Assembly: GCA_048940925.1 (NCBI GenBank)
Contig: JBHLOC010000009.1
Coordinates: 45,867-109,866, forward strand
From: Promethearchaeota archaeon
Lineage (GTDB): Archaea > Asgardarchaeota > Lokiarchaeia > Sigyniarchaeales > SOKP01
Length of the DNA stretch: 64,000 nucleotides
Reading direction: 5' to 3'
The position numbers and the translations under genes are program-made. The notes beneath the pieces were generated by a model that saw nothing but the letters and a program-made list of their open reading frames with translations, was not told the DNA's origin and made no database searches. Below are positions 62,311 to 64,000 of this stretch, piece after piece. The first letter of the stretch is position 1; the number at the start of each line of letters is the position of its first letter.

Positions 62311-62754
62311 CTAATATCTTGGTAAATTCTTAGTCTCTTGATAATATGCTTCTACTCCAATGACTTTCATTCTTTTATTCATTTGAATCCATCTTTGCTT
62401 AAGATGGGAATCAAAATTAGTTTTTTCGCAAGGGAATTCATCACATTGGAAACAGAAATCAATTTTTTTGTCTTTATAACAATCTTTTACTCCACAGTCT
62501 GGATATATACAAGTACCTTTCCTACATCTTTCACAATTCTCTTCTGTTAAATAGGTCAGTAGTGCTTTGAATGAAGGATATTTTTTAAAAATCGGTTGAA
62601 AGGAGGAAAATCTTTCAGCGTAAATATCGAATGATCCGAGTAAATTTTTAAGTTTTATGCCAGTTTTTCGTATTGCACCCTCAGAGTTAGCAAAACATTT
62701 ATAACAATTAAGTCCACATGGAGCAAGAATATTTAAAATATCTTTGTATTCCAT
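62311..62754 (-). CDS. DUF3795 Cys-rich protein
   Basis: APCGLNCYKC, CERCR, CGVKDC, FCFQCDEFPC. Confidence 0.85.
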   Translation of the reverse strand: MEYKDILNILAPCGLNCYKCFANSEGAIRKTGIKLKNLLGSFDIYAERFSSFQPIFKKYPSFKALLTYLTEENCERCRKGTCIYPDCGVKDCYKDKKIDFCFQCDEFPCEKTNFDSHLKQRWIQMNKRMKVIGVEAYYQETKNLPRY

Positions 62755-62764
62755 TTTGTTAATC

Positions 62765-64000
62765 CTATTTTGTATTTTTTCTTATTTTATTCCGTTCTTT
62801 CTTACTTAAAACCTGAGCTCTTAACTCATGAGCTGTATGATTCTTTAAATCATTAATAATCCGGATAACAGCTCGAGTGATAGGTTCATAACTTTCTTCA
62901 TGGATTTTATCTAGTGTATCCGCTATATCAAATAAGTAGGGCGGTGCCGTTAAAAAAGATATAAAAGGGATTCCTCCAAGATGATAGAAAGCAGCATCTG
63001 TAGGAGGTTTATCACTTCCAGGGGGAAAACCATCTGGAGGCAATATAATTGAGCGTTGTAAATCTTCCTTTATGATGGCGTTTTCAACAATTTCTTCAAG
63101 AGGTAATATACGACTCACAAACCACCAACGAATTGTGGGCTCATCTAAAGTAATCATATTTCCATTTTGAGATTTTACATCACGAGCAACGTGTTCCAAA
63201 TGAATAGCAACAATAGTTTTATTTAAAAGCTCTTTATTTCTTTGTACAAAAGTTAAGGCGCCTTTTCCTCCCGCCATATGAGCGCAATTCATTAAAAACA
63301 TTAGATTGAATGGACGCTGTTCTTTAGGAATTTGAGTCCAGTATTTAATTTGTGCAAGAACTAAAGCCATTCCTGAAGCATCTTCTACTGCTGAATTCCA
63401 AGGTCCATCATGGTGAGTACCAATTACAATCCATTCATCAGATATTCCTGGTAATGTACCTGTGATATTGTGAGAAATAATCTCAGAGATCTTAGCATTA
63501 TATGAAATATTACCTCTTACTATCCCTTTTTCAAGTAATTTTGAAATTTTTTTTCCATTATTTCGACTAACATATACACCAGATATATTTCTCTCAATAG
63601 CGTCATAAGGTACATAATATTTATCCGTTTCCCAGGGATACCCTGAAAGAATTCCAATAAAGCCAAATATATTATTTTCTAATGGAGGATCTATAAAAGC
63701 TCGCATTTTAAAATCAAAAGGCACCATTTGATTTAAATCATCAAATTCTTCCTTGGGATCATAATATCGATCTGCACCTGGTAAAGACTTAAGTAATTTT
63801 GCAGGTAACTCAAATAAATTTAAATCCATGACTCCAATCTTTCCTAATAAAGGAGAATTATCTGAAATCATGCATAATTCTCCTTCAAGGTTAGATTTAG
63901 GTTTAGTATAAGGAATTGGAAAACAAGGGATGTCAATTTCTTCCTTGGGATTATCAACCAACCAAATCCTAAGTTTAGCATCAAAATTTTCCCACTTCTT
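62765..64000 (-). CDS. M28 family peptidase (5'-partial)
   Basis: NITGTLPG, IVIGTHHDG, AVEDASG, PTDA, DTLDKI. The frame is open to the window edge. Confidence 0.85.
   Translation of the reverse strand, partial: KKWENFDAKLRIWLVDNPKEEIDIPCFPIPYTKPKSNLEGELCMISDNSPLLGKIGVMDLNLFELPAKLLKSLPGADRYYDPKEEFDDLNQMVPFDFKMRAFIDPPLENNIFGFIGILSGYPWETDKYYVPYDAIERNISGVYVSRNNGKKISKLLEKGIVRGNISYNAKISEIISHNITGTLPGISDEWIVIGTHHDGPWNSAVEDASGMALVLAQIKYWTQIPKEQRPFNLMFLMNCAHMAGGKGALTFVQRNKELLNKTIVAIHLEHVARDVKSQNGNMITLDEPTIRWWFVSRILPLEEIVENAIIKEDLQRSIILPPDGFPPGSDKPPTDAAFYHLGGIPFISFLTAPPYLFDIADTLDKIHEESYEPITRAVIRIINDLKNHTAHELRAQVLSKKERNKIRKNTK

Noticed and set aside
241-62550. Numerous short antisense or alternate-frame ORFs (e.g. 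241..426, 6300..6656, 12675..13031, 30953..31267, 59184..59483)
   Set aside because: They overlap well-supported genes and have no recognisable motifs, so they are shadow ORFs.

Overview
This is AT-rich chromosomal DNA from an Asgard archaeon, most likely Lokiarchaeia. The basis is longin domains, Rag-like and Arf/Rab-like small GTPases, Loki-CTERM-type 'IPGY+TM+KK' sorting tails, an HMf-type histone and Ftr. I found no rRNA, tRNA, CRISPR array or transposase. The strongest observation is a 32-nt insertion (30850-30881) that splits a FAD-linked oxidoreductase gene. It folds into a canonical bulge-helix-bulge (BHB) motif, and cutting at the standard archaeal splicing-endonuclease positions restores the reading frame exactly, so it is a candidate mRNA intron in an ordinary metabolic gene. 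Other highlights: (i) an NPRL2/uDENN-like longin-PAS-GAF-PAS sensor next to a longin-GTPase and a Rag-like GTPase; (ii) a six-gene ABC operon with a prenyltransferase-barrel/ATPase fusion, a UBC/RWD-like domain on a dead ATPase, and a longin-TM protein; (iii) a 1466-aa prenyltransferase-barrel/coiled-coil/PCI-like membrane protein; (iv) a GT2-BshB1-BshC thiol cluster lacking BshA; (v) a duplicated histone 3' end with an att-like flanking repeat. All family calls come from motif recognition by eye; no searches were run.
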